NCBI GenBank assembly: GCA_964016885.1
Contig: OZ024744.1
Coordinates: forward strand, 39,990,001 to 40,054,000
Direction of reading: 5' to 3'
DNA from: Eledone cirrhosa
Lineage: Eukaryota
DNA length: 64,000 nt
The position numbers and the translations under genes are program-made. Positions 1-18,000 of this stretch are shown here, one piece after another; within the stretch, counting starts at the first letter, position 1, and each line of letters starts with the position of its first letter. The notes below the pieces were generated by a model that was given only the letters and a program-made list of their open reading frames with translations, made no database searches and was not told where the DNA came from.

Positions 1-3000
1 ATTGTTGATCCTACCCTAATGATGACACATATTGTTGATCCTACTCTAATGTTGACACATATTGTTGATCCTACACTGATGTTAACACCTATTGTTGATC
101 CTACCCTAATGTTGACACATATTGTTCATCCTCTCTAATGTTTACACATATTGTTGATCCTACCCCAATGTTGACACCTATTGTTTATCCTACCCCAATG
201 TTGACACCTATTGTTGATCCTAACCTAATGTTGACACCTATTGTTGATCCTATCCTAATGTTCACACATATTGTGGATTCTACCCTAATGTTGACACATA
301 TTGTTGATCCTACCCTAATGTTGACACATATTGTTGATCCTACCCTAATGTTCACACATATTATTGATCCCACTCTAATGTTGACACATATTGGTGATCC
401 TACCCTAATGTTGACACATATTGTTGATCCTACCCTAATGTTGACACCTATTGTTGATCCTATCCTGATGTTGATACATATTGTTGATCCTACCCTAATG
501 TTGACACCTATTGTTGATCCTACCCTAATGTTGACACATATTGTTGATCCTACACTGATGTTGACACCTATTGTTGATGCTACCCTAATGTTGCCACCTA
601 TTGTTGATCCTACCCTGATATTGACACCTATTGTTGATGCTACCCTAATGTTGACACCTATTGTTGATCCTACCCTAATGTTGACACCTATTGTTGATCC
701 TATCCTGATGTTGATACATATTGTTGATCCTACCCTAATGTTGACACATATTGTTGATCCTACCCTAATGTTCACACATATTATTGATCCCACTCTAATG
801 TTGACACATATTGGTGATCCTACCCTAATGTTGACACATATTGTTGATCCTACCCTAATGTTGACACCTATTGTTGATCCTATCCTGATGTTGATACATA
901 TTGTTGATCCTACCCTAATGTTGACACCTATTGTTGATCCTACCCTAATGTTGACACATATTGTTGATCCTACACTGATGTTGACACCTATTGTTGATGC
1001 TACCCTAATGTTGCCACCTATTGTTGATCCTACCCTGATATTGACACCTATTGTTGATGCTACCCTAATGTTGACACCTATTGTTGATCCTACCCTAATG
1101 TTGACACCTATTGTTGATCCTATCCTGATGTTGATACATATTGTTGATCCTACCCTAATGTTGACACCTATTGTTGATCCTACCCTAATGTTGACACATA
1201 TTGTTGATCCTACACTGATGTTGACACCTATTGTTGATGCTACCCTAATGTTGCCACATATTTTTGATCCTACCCTAATGTTGACACCTATTGTTGATCC
1301 TACCATAATGTTGACACCTATTGTTGGTTCTACCCTGATGTTGACACCTATTGTTGATCCTACCCTGATATTGACACCTATTGTTGATCCTACCCTGATG
1401 TTGACATCTATCGTTGATCCTAACCTAATGTTGACACCTATTGTTGATCCTACCCTAATGTTGACACCTATTGTTGATCCTATCCTGATGTTGATACATA
1501 TTGTTGATCCTACCCTAATGTTGACACATATTGTGGGTCCTGCCCTAATGTTGACACATATTGTTGATCCTACCCTAATGTTGACACATATTGTTGATCC
1601 TACCCTGATGTTGATACCTATTGTTGATCCTACTCTAATGTTGACACCTATTGTTGATCCTACCCTAATGATGACACATATTGTTGATCCTACTCTAATG
1701 TTGACACATATTGTTGATCCTACACTGATGTTAACACCTATTGTTGATCCTACCCTAATGTTGACACATATTGTTCATCCTCTCTAATGTTTACACATAT
1801 TGTTGATCCTACCCCAATGTTGACACCTATTGTTTATCCTACCCCAATGTTGACACCTATTGTTGATCCTAACCTAATGTTGACACCTATTGTTGATCCT
1901 ATCCTAATGTTGACACATATTGTGGATTCTACCCTAATGTTGACACATATTGTTGATCCTACCCTAATGTTGACACATATTGTTGATCCTACCCTAATGT
2001 TCACACATATTATTGATCCAACTCTAATGTTGACACATATTGGTGATCCTACCCTAATGTTGACACATATTGTTGATCCTACCCTAATGTTGACACCTAT
2101 TGTTGATCCTATCCTGATGTTGATACATATTGTTGATCCTACCCTAATGTTGACACCTATTGTTGATCCTACCCTAATGTTGACACATATTGTTGATCCT
2201 ACACTGATGTTGACACCTATTGTTGATGCTACCCTAATGTTGCCACATATTGTTGATCCTACCCTAATGTTGACACCTATTGTTGGTCCTACCCTGATGT
2301 TGACACCTATTGTTGATCCTACCCTGATATTGACACCTATTGTTGATCCTACCCTGATGTTGACATCTATCGTTGATCCTAACCTAATGTTGACACCTAT
2401 CGTTGATCCTACCCTAATGTTGACACCTATTGTTGATCCTACCTAATGTTGACACCTATTGTTGATCCTATTCTGATGTTGATACATATTGTTGATACTA
2501 CCCTAATGTTGACACATATTGTGGGTCCTGCCCTAATGTTGACACATATTGTTGATCCTACCCTGATGTTGATACCTATTGTTGATCCTACCCTAATGTT
2601 GACACCTATTGTTGATCCTACCCTAATGATGACACATATTGTTGATCCTACTCTAATGTTGACACATATTGTTGATCCTACACTGATGTTAACACCTATT
2701 GTTGATCCTACCCTAATGTTGACACATATTGTTCATCCTCTCTAATGTTTACACATATTGTTGATCCTACCCCAATGTTGACACCTATTGTTTATCCTAC
2801 CCCAATGTTGACACCTATTGTTGATCCTAACCTAATGTTGACACCTATTGTTGATCCTATCCTAATGTTCACACATATTGTGGATTCTACCCTAATGTTG
2901 ACACATATTGTTGATCCTACCCTAATGTTGACACATATTGTTGATCCTACCCTAATGTTCACACATATTATTGATCCCACTCTAATGTTGACACATATTG

Positions 3001-6000
3001 GTGATCCTACCCTAATGTTGACACATATTGTTGATCCTACCCTAATGTTGACACCTATTGTTGATCCTATCCTGATGTTGATACATATTGTTGATCCTAC
3101 CCTAATGTTGACACCTATTGTTGATCCTACCCTAATGTTGACACATATTGTTGATCCTACACTGATGTTGACACCTATTGTTGATGCTACCCTAATGTTG
3201 CCACCTATTGTTGATCCTACCCTGATATTGACACCTATTGTTGATGCTACCCTAATGTTGACACCTATTGTTGATCCTACCCTAATGTTGACACCTATTG
3301 TTGATCCTATCCTGATGTTGATACATATTGTTGATCCTACCCTAATGTTGACACATATTGTTGATCCTACCCTAATGTTCACACATATTATTGATCCCAC
3401 TCTAATGTTGACACATATTGGTGATCCTACCCTAATGTTGACACATATTGTTGATCCTACCCTAATGTTGACACCTATTGTTGATCCTATCCTGATGTTG
3501 ATACATATTGTTGATCCTACCCTAATGTTGACACCTATTGTTGATCCTACCCTAATGTTGACACATATTGTTGATCCTACACTGATGTTGACACCTATTG
3601 TTGATGCTACCCTAATGTTGCCACCTATTGTTGATCCTACCCTGATATTGACACCTATTGTTGATGCTACCCTAATGTTGACACCTATTGTTGATCCTAC
3701 CCTAATGTTGACACCTATTGTTGATCCTATCCTGATGTTGATACATATTGTTGATCCTACCCTAATGTTGACACCTATTGTTGATCCTACCCTAATGTTG
3801 ACACATATTGTTGATCCTACACTGATGTTGACACCTATTGTTGATGCTACCCTAATGTTGCCACATATTTTTGATCCTACCCTAATGTTGACACCTATTG
3901 TTGATCCTACCATAATGTTGACACCTATTGTTGGTTCTACCCTGATGTTGACACCTATTGTTGATCCTACCCTGATATTGACACCTATTGTTGATCCTAC
4001 CCTGATGTTGACATCTATCGTTGATCCTAACCTAATGTTGACACCTATTGTTGATCCTACCCTAATGTTGACACCTATTGTTGATCCTATCCTGATGTTG
4101 ATACATATTGTTGATCCTACCCTAATGTTGACACATATTGTGGGTCCTGCCCTAATGTTGACACATATTGTTGATCCTACCCTAATGTTGACACATATTG
4201 TTGATCCTACCCTGATGTTGATACCTATTGTTGATCCTACTCTAATGTTGACACCTATTGTTGATCCTACCCTAATGATGACACATATTGTTGATCCTAC
4301 TCTAATGTTGACACATATTGTTGATCCTACACTGATGTTAACACCTATTGTTGATCCTACCCTAATGTTGACACATATTGTTCATCCTCTCTAATGTTTA
4401 CACATATTGTTGATCCTACCCCAATGTTGACACCTATTGTTTATCCTACCCCAATGTTGACACCTATTGTTGATCCTAACCTAATGTTGACACCTATTGT
4501 TGATCCTATCCTAATGTTGACACATATTGTGGATTCTACCCTAATGTTGACACATATTGTTGATCCTACCCTAATGTTGACACATATTGTTGATCCTACC
4601 CTAATGTTCACACATATTATTGATCCAACTCTAATGTTGACACATATTGGTGATCCTACCCTAATGTTGACACATATTGTTGATCCTACCCTAATGTTGA
4701 CACCTATTGTTGATCCTATCCTGATGTTGATACATATTGTTGATCCTACCCTAATGTTGACACCTATTGTTGATCCTACCCTAATGTTGACACATATTGT
4801 TGATCCTACACTGATGTTGACACCTATTGTTGATGCTACCCTAATGTTGCCACATATTGTTGATCCTACCCTGATATTGACACCTATTGTTGATGCTACC
4901 CTAATGTTGACACCTATTGTTGATCCTACCCTAATGTTGACACCTATTGTTGATCCTATCCTGATGTTGATACATATTGTTGATCCTACCCTAATGTTGA
5001 CACCTATTGTTGATCCTACCCTAATGTTGACACATATTGTTGATCCTACACTGATGTTGACACCTATTGTTGATGCTACCCTAATGTTGCCACATATTGT
5101 TGATCCTACCCTAATGTTGACACCTATTGTTGATCCTACACTAATGTTGACACCTATTGTTGGTCCTACCCTGATGTTGACACCTATTGTTGATCCTACC
5201 CTGATATTGACACCTATTGTTGATCCTACCCTGATGTTGACATCTATCGTTGATCCTAACCTAATATTGACACCTATTGTTGATCCTACCCTAATGTTGA
5301 CACCTATTGTTGATCCTACCCTAATGTTGACACCTATTGTTGATCCTATCCTGATGTTGATACATATTGTTGATCCTACCCTAATGTTGACACCTATTGT
5401 TGATCCTACCCTAATGATGACACATATTGTTGATCCTACTCTAATGTTGACACATATTGTTGATCCTACACTGATGTTAACACCTATTGTTGATCCTACC
5501 CTAATGTTGACACATATTGTTGATCCTACCCTAATGTTGACACATATTGTTGATCCTACCCTAATCTTGACACATATTGTTGATCCTACCCTAATGTTGA
5601 CACCTATTGTTGATCCTACCCTAATGTTGACACATATTGTTGATCCTACACTGATGTTGACACCTATTGTTGATGCTACCCTGATGTTGCCACATATTGT
5701 TGATCCTACCCTAATGTTGACACCTATTGTTGATCCTACCCTGATGTTGACACCTATTGTTGGTCCTACCCTGATGTTGACACCTATTGTTGATCCTACC
5801 CTGATATTGACACCTATTGTTGATCCTACCCTGATGTTGACATCTATCGTTGATCCTAACCTAATGTTGACACCTATCGTTGATCCTACCCTAATGTTGA
5901 CACCTATTGTTGATCCTACCTAATGTTGACACCTATTGTTGATCCTATTCTGATGTTGATACATATTGTTGATACTACCCTAATGTTGACACATATTGTG

Positions 6001-9000
6001 GGTCCTGCCCTAATGTTGACACATATTGTTGATCCTACCCTGATGTTGATACCTATTGTTGATCCTACCCTAATGTTGACACCTATTGTTGATCCTACAC
6101 TAATGATGACACATATTGTTGATCCTACCCTAATGATGACACATATTGTTGATCCTACTCTAATGTTGACACATATTGTTGATCCTACACTGATGTTAAC
6201 ACCTATTGTTGATCCTACCCTAATGTTGACACATATTGTTGATCCTACCCTAATGTTGACACATAATGTTGATCCTACCCTAATGTTGACACATAATGTT
6301 GATCCTACCCTAATGTTGACACCTATTGTTGATCCTACCCTAATGTTGACACATATTGTTGATCCTACACTGATGTTGACACCTATTGTTGATGCTACCC
6401 TAATGTTGCCGCATATTGTTGATCCTACCCTAATGTTGACACCTATTGTTGGTCCTACCCTGATGTTGACACCTATTGTTGATCCTACCCTGATATTGAC
6501 ACCTATTGTTGATCCTACCCTGATGTTGACATCTATCGTTGATCCTAACCTAATGTTGACACCTATCGTTGATCCTACCCTAATGTTGACACCTATTGTT
6601 GATCCTACCTAATGTTGACACCTATTGTTGATCCTATTCTGATGTTGATACATATTGTTGATACTACCCTAATGTTGACACATATTGTGGGTCCTGCCCT
6701 AATGTTGACACATATTGTTGATCCTACCCTGATGTTGATACCTATTGTTGATCCTACCCTAATGTTGACACCTATTGTTGATCCTACCCTAATGATGACA
6801 CATATTGTTGATCCTACTCTAATGTTGACACATATTGTTGATCCTACACTGATGTTAACACCTATTGTTGATCCTACCCTAATGTTGACACATATTGTTC
6901 ATCCTCTCTAATGTTTACACATATTGTTGATCCTACCCCAATGTTGACACCTATTGTTTATCCTACCCCAATGTTGACACCTATTGTTGATCCTAACCTA
7001 ATGTTGACACCTATTGTTGATCCTATCCTAATGTTCACACATATTGTGGATTCTACCCTAATGTTGACACATATTGTTGATCCTACCCTAATGTTGACAC
7101 ATATTGTTGATCCTACCCTAATGTTCACACATATTATTGATCCCACTCTAATGTTGACACATATTGGTGATCCTACCCTAATGTTGACACCTATTGTTGA
7201 TCCTACCCTAATGTTGACACATATTGTTGATCCTACACTGATGTTGACACCTATTGTTGATGCTACCCTAATGTTGCCACCTATTGTTGATCCTACCCTG
7301 ATATTGACACCTATTGTTGATGCTACCCTAATGTTGACACCTATTGTTGATCCTACCCTAATGTTGACACCTATTGTTGATCCTATCCTGATGTTGATAC
7401 ATATTGTTGATCCTACCCTAATGTTGACACATATTGTTGATCCTACCCTAATGTTCACACATATTATTGATCCCACTCTAATGTTGACACATATTGGTGA
7501 TCCTACCCTAATGTTGACACATATTGTTGATCCTACCCTAATGTTGACACCTATTGTTGATCCTATCCTGATGTTGATACATATTGTTGATCCTACCCTA
7601 ATGTTGACACCTATTGTTGATCCTACCCTAATGTTGACACATATTGTTGATCCTACACTGATGTTGACACCTATTGTTGATGCTACCCTAATGTTGCCAC
7701 CTATTGTTGATCCTACCCTGATATTGACACCTATTGTTGATGCTACCCTAATGTTGACACCTATTGTTGATCCTACCCTAATGTTGACACCTATTGTTGA
7801 TCCTATCCTGATGTTGATACATATTGTTGATCCTACCCTAATGTTGACACCTATTGTTGATCCTACCCTAATGTTGACACATATTGTTGATCCTACACTG
7901 ATGTTGACACCTATTGTTGATGCTACCCTAATGTTGCCACATATTTTTGATCCTACCCTAATGTTGACACCTATTGTTGATCCTACCATAATGTTGACAC
8001 CTATTGTTGGTTCTACCCTGATGTTGACACCTATTGTTGATCCTACCCTGATATTGACACCTATTGTTGATCCTACCCTGATGTTGACATCTATCGTTGA
8101 TCCTAACCTAATGTTGACACCTATTGTTGATCCTACCCTAATGTTGACACCTATTGTTGATCCTATCCTGATGTTGATACATATTGTTGATCCTACCCTA
8201 ATGTTGACACATATTGTGGGTCCTGCCCTAATGTTGACACATATTGTTGATCCTACCCTAATGTTGACACATATTGTTGATCCTACCCTGATGTTGATAC
8301 CTATTGTTGATCCTACTCTAATGTTGACACCTATTGTTGATCCTACCCTAATGATGACACATATTGTTGATCCTACTCTAATGTTGACACATATTGTTGA
8401 TCCTACACTGATGTTAACACCTATTGTTGATCCTACCCTAATGTTGACACATATTGTTCATCCTCTCTAATGTTTACACATATTGTTGATCCTACCCCAA
8501 TGTTGACACCTATTGTTTATCCTACCCCAATGTTGACACCTATTGTTGATCCTAACCTAATGTTGACACCTATTGTTGATCCTATCCTAATGTTGACACA
8601 TATTGTGGATTCTACCCTAATGTTGACACATATTGTTGATCCTACCCTAATGTTGACACATATTGTTGATCCTACCCTAATGTTCACACATATTATTGAT
8701 CCAACTCTAATGTTGACACATATTGGTGATCCTACCCTAATGTTGACACATATTGTTGATCCTACCCTAATGTTGACACCTATTGTTGATCCTATCCTGA
8801 TGTTGATACATATTGTTGATCCTACCCTAATGTTGACACCTATTGTTGATCCTACCCTAATGTTGACACATATTGTTGATCCTACACTGATGTTGACACC
8901 TATTGTTGATGCTACCCTAATGTTGCCACCTATTGTTGATCCTACCCTGATATTGACACCTATTGTTGATGCTACCCTAATGTTGACACCTATTGTTGAT

Positions 9001-12000
9001 CCTACCCTAATGTTGACACCTATTGTTGATCCTATCCTGATGTTGATACATATTGTTGATCCTACCCTAATGTTGACACCTATTGTTGATCCTACCCTAA
9101 TGTTGACACATATTGTTGATCCTACACTGATGTTGACACCTATTGTTGATGCTACCCTAATGTTGCCACATATTTTTGATCCTACCCTAATGTTGACACC
9201 TATTTTTGATCCTACCATAATGTTGACACCTATTGTTGGTTCTACCCTGATGTTGACACCTATTGTTGATCCTACCCTGATATTGACACCTATTGTTGAT
9301 CCTACCCTGATGTTGACATCTATCGTTGATCCTAACCTAATGTTGACACCTATTGTTGATCCTACCCTAATGTTGACACCTATTGTTGATCCTATCCTGA
9401 TGTTGATACATATTGTTGATCCTACCCTAATGTTGACACATATTGTGGGTCCTGCCCTAATGTTGACACATATTGTTGATCCTACCCTAATGTTGACACA
9501 TATTGTTGATCCTACCCTGATGTTGATACCTATTGTTGATCCTACTCTAATGTTGACACCTATTGTTGATCCTACCCTAATGATGACACATATTGTTGAT
9601 CCTACTCTAATGTTGACACATATTGTTGATCCTACACTGATGTTAACACCTATTGTTGATCCTACCCTAATGTTGACACATATTGTTCATCCTCTCTAAT
9701 GTTTACACATATTGTTGATCCTACCCCAATGTTGACACCTATTGTTTATCCTACCCCAATGTTGACACCTATTGTTGATCCTAACCTAATGTTGACACCT
9801 ATTGTTGATCCTATCCTAATGTTGACACATATTGTGGATTCTACCCTAATGTTGACACATATTGTTGATCCTACCCTAATGTTGACACATATTGTTGATC
9901 CTACCCTAATGTTCACACATATTATTGATCCAACTCTAATGTTGACACATATTGGTGATCCTACCCTAATGTTGACACATATTGTTGATCCTACCCTAAT
10001 GTTGACACCTATTGTTGATCCTATCCTGATGTTGATACATATTGTTGATCCTACCCTAATGTTGACACCTATTGTTGATCCTACCCTAATGTTGACACAT
10101 ATTGTTGATCCTACACTGATGTTGACACCTATTGTTGATGCTACCCTAATGTTGCCACATATTGTTGATCCTACCCTGATATTGACACCTATTGTTGATG
10201 CTACCCTAATGTTGACACCTATTGTTGATCCTACCCTAATGTTGACACCTATTGTTGATCCTATCCTGATGTTGATACATATTGTTGATCCTACCCTAAT
10301 GTTGACACCTATTGTTGATCCTACCCTAATGTTGACACATATTGTTGATCCTACACTGATGTTGACACCTATTGTTGATGCTACCCTAATGTTGCCACAT
10401 ATTGTTGATCCTACCCTAATGTTGACACCTATTGTTGATCCTACACTAATGTTGACACCTATTGTTGGTCCTACCCTGATGTTGACACCTATTGTTGATC
10501 CTACCCTGATATTGACACCTATTGTTGATCCTACCCTGATGTTGACATCTATCGTTGATCCTAACCTAATATTGACACCTATTGTTGATCCTACCCTAAT
10601 GTTGACACCTATTGTTGATCCTACCCTAATGTTGACACCTATTGTTGATCCTATCCTGATGTTGATACATATTGTTGATCCTACCCTAATGTTGACACCT
10701 ATTGTTGATCCTACCCTAATGATGACACATATTGTTGATCCTACTCTAATGTTGACACATATTGTTGATCCTACACTGATGTTAACACCTATTGTTGATC
10801 CTACCCTAATGTTGACACATATTGTTGATCCTACCCTAATGTTGACACATATTGTTGATCCTACCCTAATCTTGACACATATTGTTGATCCTACCCTAAT
10901 GTTGACACCTATTGTTGATCCTACCCTAATGTTGACACATATTGTTGATCCTACACTGATGTTGACACCTATTGTTGATGCTACCCTGATGTTGCCACAT
11001 ATTGTTGATCCTACCCTAATGTTGACACCTATTGTTGATCCTACCCTGATGTTGACACCTATTGTTGGTCCTACCCTGATGTTGACACCTATTGTTGATC
11101 CTACCCTGATATTGACACCTATTGTTGATCCTACCCTGATGTTGACATCTATCGTTGATCCTAACCTAATGTTGACACCTATCGTTGATCCTACCCTAAT
11201 GTTGACACCTATTGTTGATCCTACCTAATGTTGACACCTATTGTTGATCCTATTCTGATGTTGATACATATTGTTGATACTACCCTAATGTTGACACATA
11301 TTGTGGGTCCTGCCCTAATGTTGACACATATTGTTGATCCTACCCTGATGTTGATACCTATTGTTGATCCTACCCTAATGTTGACACCTATTGTTGATCC
11401 TACACTAATGATGACACATATTGTTGATCCTACCCTAATGATGACACATATTGTTGATCCTACTCTAATGTTGACACATATTGTTGATCCTACACTGATG
11501 TTAACACCTATTGTTGATCCTACCCTAATGTTGACACATATTGTTGATCCTACCCTAATGTTGACACATAATGTTGATCCTACCCTAATGTTGACACATA
11601 ATGTTGATCCTACCCTAATGTTGACACCTATTGTTGATCCTACCCTAATGTTGACACATATTGTTGATCCTACACTGATGTTGACACCTATTGTTGATGC
11701 TACCCTAATGTTGCCGCATATTGTTGATCCTACCCTAATGTTGACACCTATTGTTGGTCCTACCCTGATGTTGACACCTATTGTTGATCCTACCCTGATA
11801 TTGACACCTATTGTTGATCCTACCCTGATGTTGACATCTATCGTTGATCCTAACCTAATGTTGACACCTATCGTTGATCCTACCCTAATGTTGACACCTA
11901 TTGTTGATCCTACCTAATGTTGACACCTATTGTTGATCCTATTCTGATGTTGATACATATTGTTGATACTACCCTAATGTTGACACATATTGTGGGTCCT

Positions 12001-15000
12001 GCCCTAATGTTGACACATATTGTTGATCCTACCCTGATGTTGATACCTATTGTTGATCCTACCCTAATGTTGACACCTATTGTTGATCCTACCCTAATGA
12101 TGACACATATTGTTGATCCTACTCTAATGTTGACACATATTGTTGATCCTACACTGATGTTAACACCTATTGTTGATCCTACCCTAATGTTGACACATAT
12201 TGTTCATCCTCTCTAATGTTTACACATATTGTTGATCCTACCCCAATGTTGACACCTATTGTTTATCCTACCCCAATGTTGACACCTATTGTTGATCCTA
12301 ACCTAATGTTGACACCTATTGTTGATCCTATCCTAATGTTCACACATATTGTGGATTCTACCCTAATGTTGACACATATTGTTGATCCTACCCTAATGTT
12401 GACACATATTGTTGATCCTACCCTAATGTTCACACATATTATTGATCCCACTCTAATGTTGACACATATTGGTGATCCTACCCTAATGTTGACACCTATT
12501 GTTGATCCTACCCTAATGTTGACACATATTGTTGATCCTACACTGATGTTGACACCTATTGTTGATGCTACCCTAATGTTGCCACCTATTGTTGATCCTA
12601 CCCTGATATTGACACCTATTGTTGATGCTACCCTAATGTTGACACCTATTGTTGATCCTACCCTAATGTTGACACCTATTGTTGATCCTATCCTGATGTT
12701 GATACATATTGTTGATCCTACCCTAATGTTGACACATATTGTTGATCCTACCCTAATGTTCACACATATTATTGATCCCACTCTAATGTTGACACATATT
12801 GGTGATCCTACCCTAATGTTGACACATATTGTTGATCCTACCCTAATGTTGACACCTATTGTTGATCCTATCCTGATGTTGATACATATTGTTGATCCTA
12901 CCCTAATGTTGACACCTATTGTTGATCCTACCCTAATGTTGACACATATTGTTGATCCTACACTGATGTTGACACCTATTGTTGATGCTACCCTAATGTT
13001 GCCACCTATTGTTGATCCTACCCTGATATTGACACCTATTGTTGATGCTACCCTAATGTTGACACCTATTGTTGATCCTACCCTAATGTTGACACCTATT
13101 GTTGATCCTATCCTGATGTTGATACATATTGTTGATCCTACCCTAATGTTGACACCTATTGTTGATCCTACCCTAATGTTGACACATATTGTTGATCCTA
13201 CACTGATGTTGACACCTATTGTTGATGCTACCCTAATGTTGCCACATATTTTTGATCCTACCCTAATGTTGACACCTATTGTTGATCCTACCATAATGTT
13301 GACACCTATTGTTGGTTCTACCCTGATGTTGACACCTATTGTTGATCCTACCCTGATATTGACACCTATTGTTGATCCTACCCTGATGTTGACATCTATC
13401 GTTGATCCTAACCTAATGTTGACACCTATTGTTGATCCTACCCTAATGTTGACACCTATTGTTGATCCTATCCTGATGTTGATACATATTGTTGATCCTA
13501 CCCTAATGTTGACACATATTGTGGGTCCTGCCCTAATGTTGACACATATTGTTGATCCTACCCTAATGTTGACACATATTGTTGATCCTACCCTGATGTT
13601 GATACCTATTGTTGATCCTACTCTAATGTTGACACCTATTGTTGATCCTACCCTAATGATGACACATATTGTTGATCCTACTCTAATGTTGACACATATT
13701 GTTGATCCTACACTGATGTTAACACCTATTGTTGATCCTACCCTAATGTTGACACATATTGTTCATCCTCTCTAATGTTTACACATATTGTTGATCCTAC
13801 CCCAATGTTGACACCTATTGTTTATCCTACCCCAATGTTGACACCTATTGTTGATCCTAACCTAATGTTGACACCTATTGTTGATCCTATCCTAATGTTG
13901 ACACATATTGTGGATTCTACCCTAATGTTGACACATATTGTTGATCCTACCCTAATGTTGACACATATTGTTGATCCTACCCTAATGTTCACACATATTA
14001 TTGATCCAACTCTAATGTTGACACATATTGGTGATCCTACCCTAATGTTGACACATATTGTTGATCCTACCCTAATGTTGACACCTATTGTTGATCCTAT
14101 CCTGATGTTGATACATATTGTTGATCCTACCCTAATGTTGACACCTATTGTTGATCCTACCCTAATGTTGACACATATTGTTGATCCTACACTGATGTTG
14201 ACACCTATTGTTGATGCTACCCTAATGTTGCCACATATTGTTGATCCTACCCTAATGTTGACACCTATTGTTGGTCCTACCCTGATGTTGACACCTATTG
14301 TTGATCCTACCCTGATATTGACACCTATTGTTGATCCTACCCTGATGTTGACATCTATCGTTGATCCTAACCTAATGTTGACACCTATCGTTGATCCTAC
14401 CCTAATGTTGACACCTATTGTTGATCCTACCTAATGTTGACACCTATTGTTGATCCTATTCTGATGTTGATACATATTGTTGATACTACCCTAATGTTGA
14501 CACATATTGTGGGTCCTGCCCTAATGTTGACACATATTGTTGATCCTACCCTGATGTTGATACCTATTGTTGATCCTACCCTAATGTTGACACCTATTGT
14601 TGATCCTACCCTAATGATGACACATATTGTTGATCCTACTCTAATGTTGACACATATTGTTGATCCTACACTGATGTTAACACCTATTGTTGATCCTACC
14701 CTAATGTTGACACATATTGTTCATCCTCTCTAATGTTTACACATATTGTTGATCCTACCCCAATGTTGACACCTATTGTTTATCCTACCCCAATGTTGAC
14801 ACCTATTGTTGATCCTAACCTAATGTTGACACCTATTGTTGATCCTATCCTAATGTTCACACATATTGTGGATTCTACCCTAATGTTGACACATATTGTT
14901 GATCCTACCCTAATGTTGACACATATTGTTGATCCTACCCTAATGTTCACACATATTATTGATCCCACTCTAATGTTGACACATATTGGTGATCCTACCC

Positions 15001-18000
15001 TAATGTTGACACATATTGTTGATCCTACCCTAATGTTGACACCTATTGTTGATCCTATCCTGATGTTGATACATATTGTTGATCCTACCCTAATGTTGAC
15101 ACCTATTGTTGATCCTACCCTAATGTTGACACATATTGTTGATCCTACACTGATGTTGACACCTATTGTTGATGCTACCCTAATGTTGCCACCTATTGTT
15201 GATCCTACCCTGATATTGACACCTATTGTTGATGCTACCCTAATGTTGACACCTATTGTTGATCCTACCCTAATGTTGACACCTATTGTTGATCCTATCC
15301 TGATGTTGATACATATTGTTGATCCTACCCTAATGTTGACACATATTGTTGATCCTACCCTAATGTTCACACATATTATTGATCCCACTCTAATGTTGAC
15401 ACATATTGGTGATCCTACCCTAATGTTGACACATATTGTTGATCCTACCCTAATGTTGACACCTATTGTTGATCCTATCCTGATGTTGATACATATTGTT
15501 GATCCTACCCTAATGTTGACACCTATTGTTGATCCTACCCTAATGTTGACACATATTGTTGATCCTACACTGATGTTGACACCTATTGTTGATGCTACCC
15601 TAATGTTGCCACCTATTGTTGATCCTACCCTGATATTGACACCTATTGTTGATGCTACCCTAATGTTGACACCTATTGTTGATCCTACCCTAATGTTGAC
15701 ACCTATTGTTGATCCTATCCTGATGTTGATACATATTGTTGATCCTACCCTAATGTTGACACCTATTGTTGATCCTACCCTAATGTTGACACATATTGTT
15801 GATCCTACACTGATGTTGACACCTATTGTTGATGCTACCCTAATGTTGCCACATATTTTTGATCCTACCCTAATGTTGACACCTATTGTTGATCCTACCA
15901 TAATGTTGACACCTATTGTTGGTTCTACCCTGATGTTGACACCTATTGTTGATCCTACCCTGATATTGACACCTATTGTTGATCCTACCCTGATGTTGAC
16001 ATCTATCGTTGATCCTAACCTAATGTTGACACCTATTGTTGATCCTACCCTAATGTTGACACCTATTGTTGATCCTATCCTGATGTTGATACATATTGTT
16101 GATCCTACCCTAATGTTGACACATATTGTGGGTCCTGCCCTAATGTTGACACATATTGTTGATCCTACCCTAATGTTGACACATATTGTTGATCCTACCC
16201 TGATGTTGATACCTATTGTTGATCCTACTCTAATGTTGACACCTATTGTTGATCCTACCCTAATGATGACACATATTGTTGATCCTACTCTAATGTTGAC
16301 ACATATTGTTGATCCTACACTGATGTTAACACCTATTGTTGATCCTACCCTAATGTTGACACATATTGTTCATCCTCTCTAATGTTTACACATATTGTTG
16401 ATCCTACCCCAATGTTGACACCTATTGTTTATCCTACCCCAATGTTGACACCTATTGTTGATCCTAACCTAATGTTGACACCTATTGTTGATCCTATCCT
16501 AATGTTGACACATATTGTGGATTCTACCCTAATGTTGACACATATTGTTGATCCTACCCTAATGTTGACACATATTGTTGATCCTACCCTAATGTTCACA
16601 CATATTATTGATCCAACTCTAATGTTGACACATATTGGTGATCCTACCCTAATGTTGACACATATTGTTGATCCTACCCTAATGTTGACACCTATTGTTG
16701 ATCCTATCCTGATGTTGATACATATTGTTGATCCTACCCTAATGTTGACACCTATTGTTGATCCTACCCTAATGTTGACACATATTGTTGATCCTACACT
16801 GATGTTGACACCTATTGTTGATGCTACCCTAATGTTGCCACATATTGTTGATCCTACCCTGATATTGACACCTATTGTTGATGCTACCCTAATGTTGACA
16901 CCTATTGTTGATCCTACCCTAATGTTGACACCTATTGTTGATCCTATCCTGATGTTGATACATATTGTTGATCCTACCCTAATGTTGACACCTATTGTTG
17001 ATCCTACCCTAATGTTGACACATATTGTTGATCCTACACTGATGTTGACACCTATTGTTGATGCTACCCTAATGTTGCCACATATTGTTGATCCTACCCT
17101 AATGTTGACACCTATTGTTGATCCTACACTAATGTTGACACCTATTGTTGGTCCTACCCTGATGTTGACACCTATTGTTGATCCTACCCTGATATTGACA
17201 CCTATTGTTGATCCTACCCTGATGTTGACATCTATCGTTGATCCTAACCTAATATTGACACCTATTGTTGATCCTACCCTAATGTTGACACCTATTGTTG
17301 ATCCTACCCTAATGTTGACACCTATTGTTGATCCTATCCTGATGTTGATACATATTGTTGATCCTACCCTAATGTTGACACCTATTGTTGATCCTACCCT
17401 AATGATGACACATATTGTTGATCCTACTCTAATGTTGACACATATTGTTGATCCTACACTGATGTTAACACCTATTGTTGATCCTACCCTAATGTTGACA
17501 CATATTGTTGATCCTACCCTAATGTTGACACATATTGTTGATCCTACCCTAATCTTGACACATATTGTTGATCCTACCCTAATGTTGACACCTATTGTTG
17601 ATCCTACCCTAATGTTGACACATATTGTTGATCCTACACTGATGTTGACACCTATTGTTGATGCTACCCTGATGTTGCCACATATTGTTGATCCTACCCT
17701 AATGTTGACACCTATTGTTGATCCTACCCTGATGTTGACACCTATTGTTGGTCCTACCCTGATGTTGACACCTATTGTTGATCCTACCCTGATATTGACA
17801 CCTATTGTTGATCCTACCCTGATGTTGACATCTATCGTTGATCCTAACCTAATGTTGACACCTATCGTTGATCCTACCCTAATGTTGACACCTATTGTTG
17901 ATCCTACCTAATGTTGACACCTATTGTTGATCCTATTCTGATGTTGATACATATTGTTGATACTACCCTAATGTTGACACATATTGTGGGTCCTGCCCTA